From positions 224,001 through 288,000 of the forward strand of contig CAVVMW010000023.1 of assembly GCA_963749495.1 (NCBI GenBank): a DNA stretch of 64,000 bases, read 5' to 3'. The notes under the pieces are model-generated. The model was not told where the DNA came from. It did no database searches and was given only the letters and a program-made list of their open reading frames with translations. Source of the DNA: an uncultured bacterium. Its GTDB lineage: Bacteria > Verrucomicrobiota > Verrucomicrobiia > Limisphaerales > UBA8199. Positions within the stretch are counted from its first letter, which is position 1. Each line of letters begins with the position of its first letter. Below, in pieces: positions 9,006 to 19,800 of this stretch. The position numbers and the translations under genes were made by a program.

Positions 9006-11888
9006 ATGAATGTTTCGCTTCTGCCTGGCCCGGTCAGGTGCGCCATTGTGGCAGCATGTCTGCTCACAGGGATCGGCTTCGAGGGTGTGTGCGCGACTGT
9101 CGGCTTGAATCTGGCCGCTGCCTCGGCGGGCCTCGAGGCCAGCGCGGAGAGCGTGATCCCGCCCACACAACGCTGGTCTGCGGTCATCTCGCCGGACAAT
9201 TCCCTCGAGTTTTACCTGGTGAAGGACCAGGCCCCGGTGGCCCGGCTTGGCCTGGGCGGCTGGGGACCGAATTGGCAGTGGGTCGGGGTGTCGTCCAAGG
9301 ACAAAGCCGGCGGCCAAGGGCTTGACACCAGCGTGCCGTTCGTCGTGAACCAGGCGAGGGGCGAGGTCATCCAGATTCGGTTGCAGGTTGCGAAAACCGG
9401 GCCGCGGCAGGTCTCGTTCCGCTACGGGTTGAGCGCGGCCAAAGATGTTCCGATCACAATGGTCATGGCCGGCCTTGGCATAGATAAGGCCGTTGCGCGG
9501 GGCCAATTGAGGGCCTTTCAAGCCAACGGACAACCGAGTGAGCGGCCACTGCCCTTTGGCCGGGGTTCGCTGCCGGCGACCTCGAACCTGGTGCTGCATT
9601 TGGAGAAGGGCGGAGACCTCGCTCTTGCCCTGGACCCGCCTTGCCTGATCGCGTTCGACGGCGATATGCGCATACTGCTGGCCTCGGAAGTGTTCAAAGC
9701 GGGTTCCCGCACCAATACGCTGACGGTTACATTCCCTGCCGAAACCGAATTTGTGGCCCGGCCCGAGGACCTCGCCCCGTTCATCCGGACCCTGGCCGGC
9801 CCGGATTGGTTTGCGTTTGCGCCGACGGACGACCCCGGCCCGAGCGTCATCAGCATGAACCCGTGGCTGGACAAGCCGGCGGGCGCGCATGGCGGCGTGC
9901 GCATGGCGGGCGATCATTTCGAGTTCGAGGACAAGACGCCCGTCAAGTTCTGGGGAGTCAATCTCTCCTACGGCGGCGGCTGCGCGCCGGAGAAGAAGAC
10001 CGCCGAGTTCACCGCCTCCCGCTTCGCCAACTACGGGGTCAACGGCGTGCGCCTGCACAAATTCTCATACCCTGCGGACCAGATGGGCATCGGCGACCTC
10101 AACGACGCCACCCAAATGACGCCCGAGGGCCTGGACCGGCTCGATTACTTCGCGGCGCAGCTCAAGAGCAACGGAGTTTATTTCGGCTGGTCGCACACCT
10201 ACGGCTTCCACGTCTGCCCCGGGAACCGCTCGCGCCTGCTGGCTTACGACGAAATCGAGCGCAACCTGAAGCGCAACACCTACGGGTTCATCAACTTTGC
10301 CGAGGATGTCCAGGACCTGATGATCGAGATGGTGGTCAACCTGCTCGGGCACCGCAATCCTTACACCGGCCTCACGTACGCCCAGGAGCCGGCGCTCTCT
10401 TTCATCGAACTGCAAAACGAGGACGACATCTTTTTCTACACCTCGGAAAAGGCCTTTGCCGCCTGTCCAACGTATCGCCGGCACTTTACCTCCCGTTTCT
10501 GCGACTGGCTTCAGGCCAGGTATGGCACGGAGGAGAAGCTCAAGCAGGCTTGGGCCGAGGCGCTCAAGCCCGGCGAGAGCCTGGCGGCAAAGAACATCGA
10601 ACCCCAGACCAACCCGTGGTTTTTTGGCCAGGACAATCTGCCCCGGCAGTCCGGCGGGCCGCGCCAGCGCCTGCTGGATGGCGCCGCCTGGCTGCACGAA
10701 ACTCAAAACCGGTTCTATGCCCGCTTCACCAAGGCGATCCGCGATGCCGGCTACCAGGGGCCGCTCTGCGGCTCACCCTGGCAAGCGCCCGCCATGCTGC
10801 CGCACTACTACAACCTTCGCTCAGATGCGTTGGTGGGCTACATCGACCGCCATGATTATTTTGGCGGAGCACTGTCCGATTCCATGCTGGCCCATCCGGG
10901 CAGCGGCTATTTTTCTGCCGGCTTGCAACAGTTGGCCAACCGGCCGTTCGGGTTGAGCGAATGGATTCACGTCTATCCCTCGCTCTACAGCGCCAAGGGC
11001 CCGGCCATCGTCGCGGCGTACGGCATGGGCCTGCAGGGCTGGGATGCCAGCTATGAATTCCAGGCCCAGGCCGCTCCCCGCCTCTTCAGCAACCGCGCCG
11101 GCTGGCCGCCCTGGGGCGTGTGGGAAGCCGACGTGCCGACCCAACTGGGCCAGTATCCGGCCCTGGCCCGAATGCTCTACCGCGGTGACGTGCGCCAGGG
11201 GGAGATTATCTCGACGCGCCGCGTGAGCCCCGAGGAGCTTGCAACCGGCCGCTTCGGCTTTTCCGACACGGTGACGCAGGAAGGCGACATCAAGTCCTTC
11301 GGCGGCAGCGTGTCTCCGGAGGCTTTGGCCGCAGGGCGGGTCGTCCTCGAGTTCACCGACAGGCCACAGCCCTCGAACCTCCCGGACCTCGCGAAGTACC
11401 GGGCAGGCTCCGCGATCCTCTCCGGCACAGGCCAGCTTGCCTGGGACACCGCGCGCCGGGGCTTCTTCACGGTCAACACGCCGGGCACCAAGGCTGTCGT
11501 CGGTTTTGCCGAGGGCAAGGACCTCCGGCTCGGTGACGTCACCATCCGGCTCGCCTGCCCATACGCCTCCGTCTTCCTGACCGCCATGGACCGCAACGTC
11601 ACGCTGGCGGACGCCAAGAGCGCCCTCCTTTGCGCTGTGGCGCGCAATTGCAACAGCGGCTTCAGGTATTTCACCCTCGATTCCCACACCCTGGACAACG
11701 GACAGGACCCCATCCTCCTCGAGCCCGTGCGGGCCACGCTTGCTATCTCCGGCCGGAGCGTCGCCGCGGTGAACGTCCTGGACCACAGCGGCCGCCGCAC
11801 CGGCCAATCCCTGCCCGTCGCCTCGGGTCGTTTCAGTATCAACGGTGCGCATGACCGAACCCTCTATTACGAGGTCCTGTTCAAGTGA
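9006..11888 (+). CDS. Secreted glycoside hydrolase superfamily protein (clan GH-A-like TIM barrel)
   Basis: Motifs KFWGVNL, GVNGVRLH, LDRLDYFAAQLKSNGVY, HRNPYTGLTYAQEPALSFIELQNE (putative acid/base NE) and RPFGLSEW (putative nucleophile). Start placed at ATG 9006 because the upstream ORF extension reads through a REP element. Confidence 0.8.
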   Translation: MNVSLLPGPVRCAIVAACLLTGIGFEGVCATVGLNLAAASAGLEASAESVIPPTQRWSAVISPDNSLEFYLVKDQAPVARLGLGGWGPNWQWVGVSSKDKAGGQGLDTSVPFVVNQARGEVIQIRLQVAKTGPRQVSFRYGLSAAKDVPITMVMAGLGIDKAVARGQLRAFQANGQPSERPLPFGRGSLPATSNLVLHLEKGGDLALALDPPCLIAFDGDMRILLASEVFKAGSRTNTLTVTFPAETEFVARPEDLAPFIRTLAGPDWFAFAPTDDPGPSVISMNPWLDKPAGAHGGVRMAGDHFEFEDKTPVKFWGVNLSYGGGCAPEKKTAEFTASRFANYGVNGVRLHKFSYPADQMGIGDLNDATQMTPEGLDRLDYFAAQLKSNGVYFGWSHTYGFHVCPGNRSRLLAYDEIERNLKRNTYGFINFAEDVQDLMIEMVVNLLGHRNPYTGLTYAQEPALSFIELQNEDDIFFYTSEKAFAACPTYRRHFTSRFCDWLQARYGTEEKLKQAWAEALKPGESLAAKNIEPQTNPWFFGQDNLPRQSGGPRQRLLDGAAWLHETQNRFYARFTKAIRDAGYQGPLCGSPWQAPAMLPHYYNLRSDALVGYIDRHDYFGGALSDSMLAHPGSGYFSAGLQQLANRPFGLSEWIHVYPSLYSAKGPAIVAAYGMGLQGWDASYEFQAQAAPRLFSNRAGWPPWGVWEADVPTQLGQYPALARMLYRGDVRQGEIISTRRVSPEELATGRFGFSDTVTQEGDIKSFGGSVSPEALAAGRVVLEFTDRPQPSNLPDLAKYRAGSAILSGTGQLAWDTARRGFFTVNTPGTKAVVGFAEGKDLRLGDVTIRLACPYASVFLTAMDRNVTLADAKSALLCAVARNCNSGFRYFTLDSHTLDNGQDPILLEPVRATLAISGRSVAAVNVLDHSGRRTGQSLPVASGRFSINGAHDRTLYYEVLFK

Positions 11889-12949
11889 TCTCCCGTTTTT
11901 GCACTATCCTGGGGCTTTGCCTCGCTCCGCCAATCGCTCTGCTCCAGGGCGAAGAGATGAGGCCGGAATTTGCCAAGCTGGCCCCGGCGGCGCCGTGCCC
12001 GGCCCTGGTGGAAGCTGCCCGGACCAACCATATCCCGATTGCCGGGTTGGATCCTCCCGGCCCGGCCGAGAGCCTTGAACCGGGCGACTCCACGACCGCT
12101 TTGATCACGCTGTTTGAGAAGGGCGGACGGAAGACGCAGTGGCTCCTCTACGTCGAGGCCGCCGCGCCCACAGCCGAAGAGAAATCGCTCGGTCGGCGGG
12201 CGCCGACAGTCTTGTACGTGGGGCCTGGAGACAAAGTGCAGTTCGCTCGTTGGTTGGCGCCGGTCACAATGCGGCTGCTCGGCCCCTTTGTGGAGGCGGA
12301 CGGCAAAGGGAAGGCTGCGAGGGCGCAAGACAGAATCGCGCGCACCGTCGTGGACGGGGGCCTTCTTGGCGTTGGCCTGGACGAAGCTGCGGCGGCGATC
12401 CACCGGATGGCACAAACCAACCTGAAAGGCAGATTCCCGGTTCGCCGAGTACCATTCACCGAGGCCCAAGTTGCCGAGGGGCGCAAGACGGTCACCTTGC
12501 TGCAACTGACTGCGAAGGAACAACGCGCGCTGGCCGGCTCGCCCCTGGCGCTGAGTTCCTACGTTCGCCTCGTCCAGCAAACTCCGGGCCTTGATCACCT
12601 ATTCTATAAAATCGTGGAACCACCATCGGTTTGGTCAGTCGCGCGGCATCTCGGCGTGAAGGTCTCTCTCGACCTCGAAAGAGAACACCTCGCCCCGGCA
12701 GACGCAGGCGCATGGAATTTGCCACCCGGCACGCGGGCCTACCATTTTCCACTGGCCATTCGGATGAATGGCCAGCCTGCGCTCATTGCCACCCTGGTGG
12801 TGGCGCCCGCGCGTCCGCCTTTGCTGGCCTGCGGCGGCATCGTTGGTCTGCTTGCCGAGAGGCCCAACGACAAAGACACTTATTTGACCCTGCGAATTAT
12901 CAGCGCTCACTCCCGCGCCAGTCCTTGCAGGAAGGCAGCATTGGATTAG
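11885..12949 (+). CDS. Hypothetical secreted protein
   Basis: 354-aa ORF, GTGA overlap with the upstream stop, hydrophobic N-terminus. Confidence 0.75.
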   Translation: MISRFCTILGLCLAPPIALLQGEEMRPEFAKLAPAAPCPALVEAARTNHIPIAGLDPPGPAESLEPGDSTTALITLFEKGGRKTQWLLYVEAAAPTAEEKSLGRRAPTVLYVGPGDKVQFARWLAPVTMRLLGPFVEADGKGKAARAQDRIARTVVDGGLLGVGLDEAAAAIHRMAQTNLKGRFPVRRVPFTEAQVAEGRKTVTLLQLTAKEQRALAGSPLALSSYVRLVQQTPGLDHLFYKIVEPPSVWSVARHLGVKVSLDLEREHLAPADAGAWNLPPGTRAYHFPLAIRMNGQPALIATLVVAPARPPLLACGGIVGLLAERPNDKDTYLTLRIISAHSRASPCRKAALD

Positions 12950-12957
12950 GCGCTATT

Positions 12958-13139
12958 ATGAAAGATTCCATCGCTGCAAATCGCGCCCGGCTGCTCAAGG
13001 GCATTTTCCCGGAGGGAGTTCCCCTCTTGTGGTGCGCGACGGCCGGCCCGTGGCGGCGCAAGATGTCCTGAGCGGCAGGCAGGTGGACGCTCCGTTCACC
13101 CTTGCGCCTCTTGAGGTGCGATTGCTCAAACTCCGGTGA
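12958..13139 (+). pseudogene. Chimeric remnant: N-terminus of a dihydrodipicolinate-synthase-like gene joined to the C-terminus of another gene
   Basis: MKDSIAANRARLLKGIFPEGVPLLWC loses coding sense near 13035. Another frame then reads DGRPVAAQDVLSGRQVDAPFTLAPLEVRLLKLR*. Confidence 0.45.
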
Positions 13140-13415
13140 ACCGGACCTGGCGACTGGGTTATTGGAGTAATGGGTTGATGGATTATTGGATAGCGCTTCG
13201 CGAGTCGAGACCAGGTTGCCGGACCAGAGAAAGCGAACATGGGTGCGCGGGTGTGAGCACTTTCAGGTTCCGGGCGTGGTGAGTTTCGGCAGGGTCTCTA
13301 AGCCGGACATCGCTCCCGCAGGGCGGGACGAGCATGGTGGCGCGAGTCCAATTCGGGAATTTTCGAAATCTTTTTAGTTGAGTATGCCCGAAAGAAGCCG
13401 CAGTATTGTCTGCCT

Positions 13416-14523
13416 GTGATACGTCGTCTGTACATTCATAATTTCAGGTGCCTGGAGAATTTCGAATTGCCCCTCGCTGGCCACTCGTCGGTCCTGCTGA
13501 TGGGAAAAAACGGCGCGGGAAAGACGACTGTGGGTCTTGCGCTCGAAGATTCTGCAAAGGATCGCTCGAGGAACGAACCGAATAAGCACCCTTGTCACCC
13601 CAAAGGACTTCGCACGCGGCCGCTCGGATGTTCCCATCCGGTTCGAAATCGAGATCGAGTTGGGAGCCAAGATTTACGAGTTCATTCTCGCATTCGAGCT
13701 CCCAGAGGGCTTTAAGGAACTTCGTGTGCTTCAGGAGAGGCTTGCCGTTGACGGCAAACCCGTGTACACGCGAGACAAGGCTCAAGTGCATCTTGCCAGG
13801 ACAAGCCAGGATAAGGAGGCGAAATTCCTCATTGACTGGCATCTAGTTGCTCTTCCAATCGTTCAGGAAACTTCCGCCAACGATCCGTTGCTCATTTTCA
13901 AGCAATGGCTCGGTCGAATGCTCGTTCTTCGGCCGGTGCCCAGCTTGATTTCGGGTGACTCAAAGGAGGAGCAATTGCAGCCTAACGTGCAGGTTACGGA
14001 CTTCGGCGCGTGGTTTTCAGGCCTGCTGGCCTACTCACCGGCGGCATATTCAAGAATCGACCAATACCTCAGACAGATTATGCCGGATTTGAAAGACATC
14101 AAGAATCCGGTGGTTGGCAAGGATTTCAGAAGTCTCACGGTACAGTTCTCCAATCAGAACGGAACTCTGAGCGTACCGTTCGAGGATCTGTCGGACGGTG
14201 AGAAATGTTTCATGATTTGCGCTGTGACCCTTGGCGCGAACGACGCCTACGGCCCAGTGCTGTGTTTCTGGGACGAACCGGATAATTACCTGGCATTGTC
14301 TGAGGTCGGACATTTTGTGATGGCGCTCCGCAGGGGATTCCAGTCGGGAGGCCAGTTTATCGCGACCTCCCACAACCCCGAGGCCGTGCGCCGTTTTTCC
14401 GACGAGAACACGTTCCTTCTCGTTCGGAAAAGCCACCTTGAGCCTACGACGGTCCGGGTCCTGAGCCAGATTGTGAAGGGGGATCTTGTCAGTGCGTTGG
14501 TGCAAGGCGACCTGGAACCATGA
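13416..14523 (+). CDS. ABC-type (AAA_21/AAA_15-like) ATPase, frameshift near 13548
   Basis: MIRRLYIHNFRCLENFEL, Walker A GKNGAGKT, signature LSDGEK, Walker B CFWDEPDN, H-loop ATSHNPE. Removing one A joins the two ORFs. Confidence 0.9.
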
Positions 14524-15011
14524 GCGTGAACAGGCATCAGCCGCATGTGTATGTCCTTCCCGAGGACGATGCCAACCGCCAACTGGCGAACGGCTTCCTC
14601 CTGCACCCGGACCTTCTGGCTCGGAACATTCAGGTGCTTCCAGAGGTCGGTGGCTGGCATGAGGTATTGAGGCATTTCAAATCAGATTACGCCCACGGGA
14701 TGGAACGCTATGAGGAGGGATTTATGGTTCTTTTAATCGACTTCGACGGCGATGAAACGCGCCTCGCCGATGCGCAAGCTTGCATTCCGCCTTCGCTGAA
14801 AAATAGAGTTTTTGTTATCGGCGCATTAACACAGCCCGAGGGCCTCCGAGCGCAACTCGGTTCCTACGAAACGATCGGTCTGGCGTTGGCCAAGGATTGC
14901 CGCGAAAATACCAATGCGGCCTGGGGGTCGGATCTTCTCCGGCACAATGCAACGGAGCTTAAGCGTCTGCGCCAGCACGTCTTCCCCATCTTGTTTGCCC
15001 GAGCAGCCTGA
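14520..15011 (+). CDS. TOPRIM-like partner of the ABC ATPase (RloB/DUF4276-like)
   Basis: ATGA overlap with the ATPase; VLPEDDAN and VLLIDFDG (acidic E plus DxD) motifs; 163 aa. Confidence 0.7.
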   Translation: MSVNRHQPHVYVLPEDDANRQLANGFLLHPDLLARNIQVLPEVGGWHEVLRHFKSDYAHGMERYEEGFMVLLIDFDGDETRLADAQACIPPSLKNRVFVIGALTQPEGLRAQLGSYETIGLALAKDCRENTNAAWGSDLLRHNATELKRLRQHVFPILFARAA

Positions 15012-15043
15012 AAGCAATCGCTTGAGGCACCAGTGTGCGAATT

Positions 15044-15200
15044 CATCAATCCGGGTTCGATAAGCAGATTGAGGGCAGCCTGCGAGAGGCGGAAAGGCTG
15101 GCGGCAGAGGCGAACGACTCTCCTCTCCGGCAGCGGTTGGGGCGGCTTGGGAAGCTGCCGTGAGCATCCCGCTCTACATGGATGTCCGTGTCCCCGCTCC
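15044..15200 (+). pseudogene. Junction remnant of a DUF433 antitoxin / DUF5615 PIN-like toxin pair
   Basis: HQSGFDKQIEGSLREAERLAAEANDSPLRQRLGRLGKLP* (stop 15161-15163) overlaps, via GTGA, the start of MSIPLYMDVRVPAP. Both outer parts are missing. Confidence 0.6.
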
Positions 15201-15247
15201 TTTTTTTCTGTCCCGACGCCCTCCGGGGCGGCTATCCTCGATGCGCC

Positions 15248-16740
15248 ATGAAAAAGCAAGTTCCCATGAATGTTTTCGCTGCGACGGCCGCCTGGCTTCT
15301 GATTCTGGGCTCCGCGTCCACCGGCCAGGTTCCCGCCCCTCGCATCGTGCATCGGACCGTTGACCTCCGCGTCGGCGAGGCCCAGGACGTTACGCTCTCC
15401 GACGGAAGGACGGTTCAGGTCAAACTCCTGGACCTCCAGGAACGCCGGGACGAGGTCAATGGTGCCGTCCGGCAGGCCGAGGTCCGAGTCGAGGTGGACG
15501 GGCAAGTCACGAACCTCACGAGCGGGACGTACCATTTGCCGGTGACTTTCGGGAGCGTGCAGATCGACTGCCCGATCACCAAGGGATACCTCGAGAAAGC
15601 GGGGGACAGAACCCCTGGGGGCTGCTCAAGGACGCGCGCCTGAGGCTTTGGCCTGCGGGGTCTCCCTGGATCCCTCGGGACACTTTCGTTTACCCCGCCA
15701 GGCAGCGGTGGTTCGCGAGCTTCACGCAGATGGCGAACGAGCCGGTCTATGTGGATGGGGGCGAACTGCCGGCGAAGAAGGAGATCTACTACCACTTCGG
15801 ACTGGACATCGGCGGCTCCGAAGGGCTGGTCGATGTGGTGTCGGCCACGGAGGGCATTGTCACTTCCTCCGGGAACGAGGTGCTGGCCGGCCAGGCGCCG
15901 GATGCGCCGGCCGAACCCCGCTACGACAACGTTTATATCCTCGATGCCCGTGGCTGGTATTGCCGGTACAGCCACCTCAAATTCATCGAGCCGGCGGTGC
16001 GGCCGGGCGCGCGGATAGCCCTGGGCCAGAAGCTCGGGGTACTGGGCAAGGAAGGAGGCAGCGGCGGCTGGTCCCATTTGCATTTCGACATCTGGGCCCG
16101 CCAGCCCTCGGGGCTGTGGGGCATCGAAGAGGGATACGCCTTTCTCTGGCAGGCCTATGAGCAGGAACATCCGCGCGAACTGGTCGCCGTGGCCCGGCCC
16201 CATGCCCTGGTGTGGGCGGGCCAGAAGGTCACGCTGGACGGTTCGCGTTCCCGGGGGCAGGGTCTGCGCCATGAGTGGAGGTTCACCGAGGGGGGAAGCG
16301 CGAGCGGAGAGCGCGTCGAGCGCACATACAACACGCCGGGCACTTATTGCGAAACCCTCAAGGCCACGGACGCGGCGGGCCGGGTCGATTACGATTTCAT
16401 GGCCGTCCAGGTGATCAACCGGGCCCATCCGGACCAGCCCCCGCCGACGATTCACGCCAATTATGCGCCGACGTTCGGGATCCGGCCGGGTGATCCGGTG
16501 GTTTTCAAAGTGCGCACGTTCCGGGACAAGGCGGGCGGGGAAACCTGGGACTTCGGTGACGGCACTCCCCCTGTCCGAGTGAAATCAGATGCGAACTTGG
16601 ACCGCCAGGCACCCAATGGCTACGCCGAGGCGAGGCACGTGTATGAAAAACCCGGCCATTACCTGGTGAGCGTCGAACACGTCAGCGCCGAGGGGGTCCG
16701 GGCGGTGGCTCGCCTGCAAGTGCGAGTGGGCATTGAGTGA
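15248..16740 (+). CDS. Secreted M23-family peptidase with two PKD domains (frameshift near 15603)
   Basis: HFGLD (HxxxD), YSHL and HLH zinc motifs; PKD-like VTLDGSRS...WRFTEG and WDFGDG. Adding one G at the 15601 G-run joins the frames (KAGGQNPWGLLKDARLRLWPAGSPW). Confidence 0.85.
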
Positions 16741-16865
16741 CGGCAACTGCCGTTCTTGAGAGTCTTCATCATCATACGCATGTTGACATCCTCGGGGCCA
16801 TCAGTTTAATTTTGTTGCCGCTGTTTCTGTTTGCTGTTTGCGAATGCTGTAAACACCTCTTTCCT

Positions 16866-19800
16866 ATGAGAAGAATCCTCACCCAAGCACTCGGACTTGT
16901 GCCCTTGGTTTTGTTCTGGAGTTGGTGTCCGATGCTGGCCCCTTTCGACGCCAGAGCCGCCGTCGTCACCTTTACCCAGGACACGCTCATTGACGTTGGC
17001 AACAGCAGTTTTGACGGCCAGGATATCGTCGTCCAGGCTTGCACTGTGACGGCGAACGGAGTTCATGCATTCAATAGCGTCCAGGTGGTCGGCGGTGGCG
17101 TGTTGACGCATCAGCCTACGACACCGGCGCAGGAGTATTCACTGGTCCTGGCGATTGTGAGCAATCTCGTCGTGGACGCCGCTTCGAGAATTGACGTATC
17201 CGGACGTGGTTACGCAAATGATGGCGCCTTGGGCGCCCTTACCCTGGGCAACACCAACACTGGAGCAGCCTCGGGCCGGTCGGGTGGCTCATACGGTGGT
17301 CTTGGGGCGCCTGCCTCGGGCGGACAGGCCAACTCGACCTACGGCGACTACCACAATCCCAATGAGCTGGGCTCGGCCGGGGCTGGAACCGATGCCAACG
17401 GCGGCGCGGGCGGCGGGTTGGTGCGCATTAGCGCTGCCAGCGCCCACATTGACGGAGCACTTCTGGCGAATGGGGCCAACGCGGTGGATAGTGGTGACTA
17501 TGGCGGAGGCGGGGGCAGCGGCGGAGGCGTATGGCTGCATGTGGGCAGTCTGAGCGGCGGTGGCCTGATTGCCGCCAACGGGGGCGGGCCGGCCACCTGG
17601 GGTGCCGCAGGCGGGGGTGGCCGGGTGGCAGTTTACTACGGCACAGCCAACGGCTTTGATCTGACCAACCAGGTGACCGTGCATGGCGCCAATGGCAATG
17701 GCACGGGTTCGGTGGGGACGGTGTATCTGAAAGAAAGCGGGGCGGTGGGCGAATTGCTGCTGGCCAGCCATGGCACCCCGGCGGGATTGTGGACTCCCTT
17801 GGGCCTGGCAACCGACTCGGTGTTTCAGGTGGAGAACTTGGTGATTGCCGGGACGAATGTGGTCGCGGCCACGGCGCGCGAGATGCCCATCCAAGCCAAC
17901 GCGGTCGCGGTCCTCGATGGGGCGGTGTTGACGCACCAGCCAACAACGCTGACGCAGGAGTTCTCCTTGCAGTTGACCATCACTAACGGTCTGCTGGTGG
18001 ACAGCAACTCGGTAATTGACGTGTCGGGGCGTGGTTACGTGAATGATGGCACCTTGGGCGCCCTTACCCTGGGCAACACCAACACTGGAGCAGCCTCGGG
18101 CCGGTCGGGTGGCTCATACGGTGGTCTTGGGGCGCCTGCCTCGGGCGGACAGGGCAACTCGACCTACGGCGACTACCACAATCCCAATGAACTGGGCTCG
18201 GCCGGGGCTGGAGCCCAGGCCAACGGCGGCGCGGGCGGCGGGTTGGCGCGCATCAGTGCCGCCAGCGTCCAGATCGACGGAGCACTCCTGGCGAATGGCG
18301 CCAACGCGGTGGATAGTGGTGACTATGGCGGAGGCGGGGGCAGCGGCGGAGGCGTATGGCTGCATGTGGGCAGTCTGAGCGGCAGTGGACTGATTGCCGC
18401 CAATGGCGGTGGTCCGGCCATCTGGGGTGCCGCAGGCGGGGGTGGCCGGGTGGCGATTTACTATGGCACAGCCAACGGCTTTGATCTGACCAATCGGGTG
18501 ACCGCGCATGGCGCCAATGGCAATGGCACGGGCTCGGTGGGAACGGTGTATCTGAAAGAAAGCGGGGCGGTGGGCGAATTGCTGCTGGCCAGCCATGGCA
18601 CCCCGGCGGGATTGTGGACTCCCTTGGGCCTGGCAACCGACTCGGTGTTTCAGGTGGAGAACTTGGTGATTGCCGGGACGAATGTGGTCGCGGCGCCGGC
18701 GCATGAGATGCCGATCCAAGCCGGTTCGATCGCGGTGGTGAACGGGGCGATGTTGACGCACCAGCCAACGACAACGACGCAGGGTACTCCCTGCCGCTGA
18801 CCATCACTAACAGCCTGCTGGTGGACAGCAACTCGGTAATTGACGTGTCGGGGCGTGGTTACGTGAATGATGGCACCTTGGGCGCCCTTACCCTGGGCAA
18901 CACCAACACTGGAGCAGCCTCGGGCCGGTCGGGTGGCTCATACGGTGGTCTTGGGGCGCCTGCCTCGGGCAGACAGGCCAACTCGACCTACGGCGACTAC
19001 CACAATCCCAATGAACTGGGCTCGGCCGGGGCTGGAGCCCAGGCCAACGGCGGCGCGGGCGGCGGGTTGGTGCGCATCACCGCCGCCAGCGTCCAGATCA
19101 ACGGAGCACTCCTGGCAAATGGCGCCAACGCGGTGGACAACGGCAGCTATGGCGGCGGCGGGGGCAGTGGCGGAGGCGTATGGCTGCATGTGGGCAGTCT
19201 GAGCGGCAGTGGACTGATTGCCGCCAATGGGGGTGTGCCGGCCAACTGGGGGGCCGCAGGCGGGGGGGACGGGTGGCGATTTATTATGGCTCGCTCTCCG
19301 GCCTTGACCTTGCTCGCCAGGTTACCGCCCATGGAGGCAACGGCAACGGTAATGCCAACAGTCCCGGAGCGGTGGGGACGGTCTATACGTGCCAGGCGGG
19401 AACTCCAGGCCAATTGCTGCTGGCCAGCCACGGCACTGCGGTCGGGACTTGGACGCCTTTGGGCATGGTGACGGACACGGTTTTTCAGGTGGAAAACCTG
19501 GTGATTTCCGGGCAAGGGATGGTGGTGGCGCTGGCGCACGAGATGCCGATCCAAGCCGGTTCGATTGCCGTGGTGAACGGGGCGGTGTTGACGCACCAGC
19601 CAACAACACTGGCGCAGGAGTACTCCCTGCGGCTGGCCATTACCAACAGCCTGCTGGTGGACAGCAACTCGGTAATTGACGTGTCGGGGCGCGGTTACAT
19701 AAATGATGGCGCCTTGGGCGCTCTTACCCTGGGCAACACCAACACTGGAGCAGCCTCGGGCCGGTCAGGCGGCTCTTATGGTGGTCTTGGGGCGCCTGCC

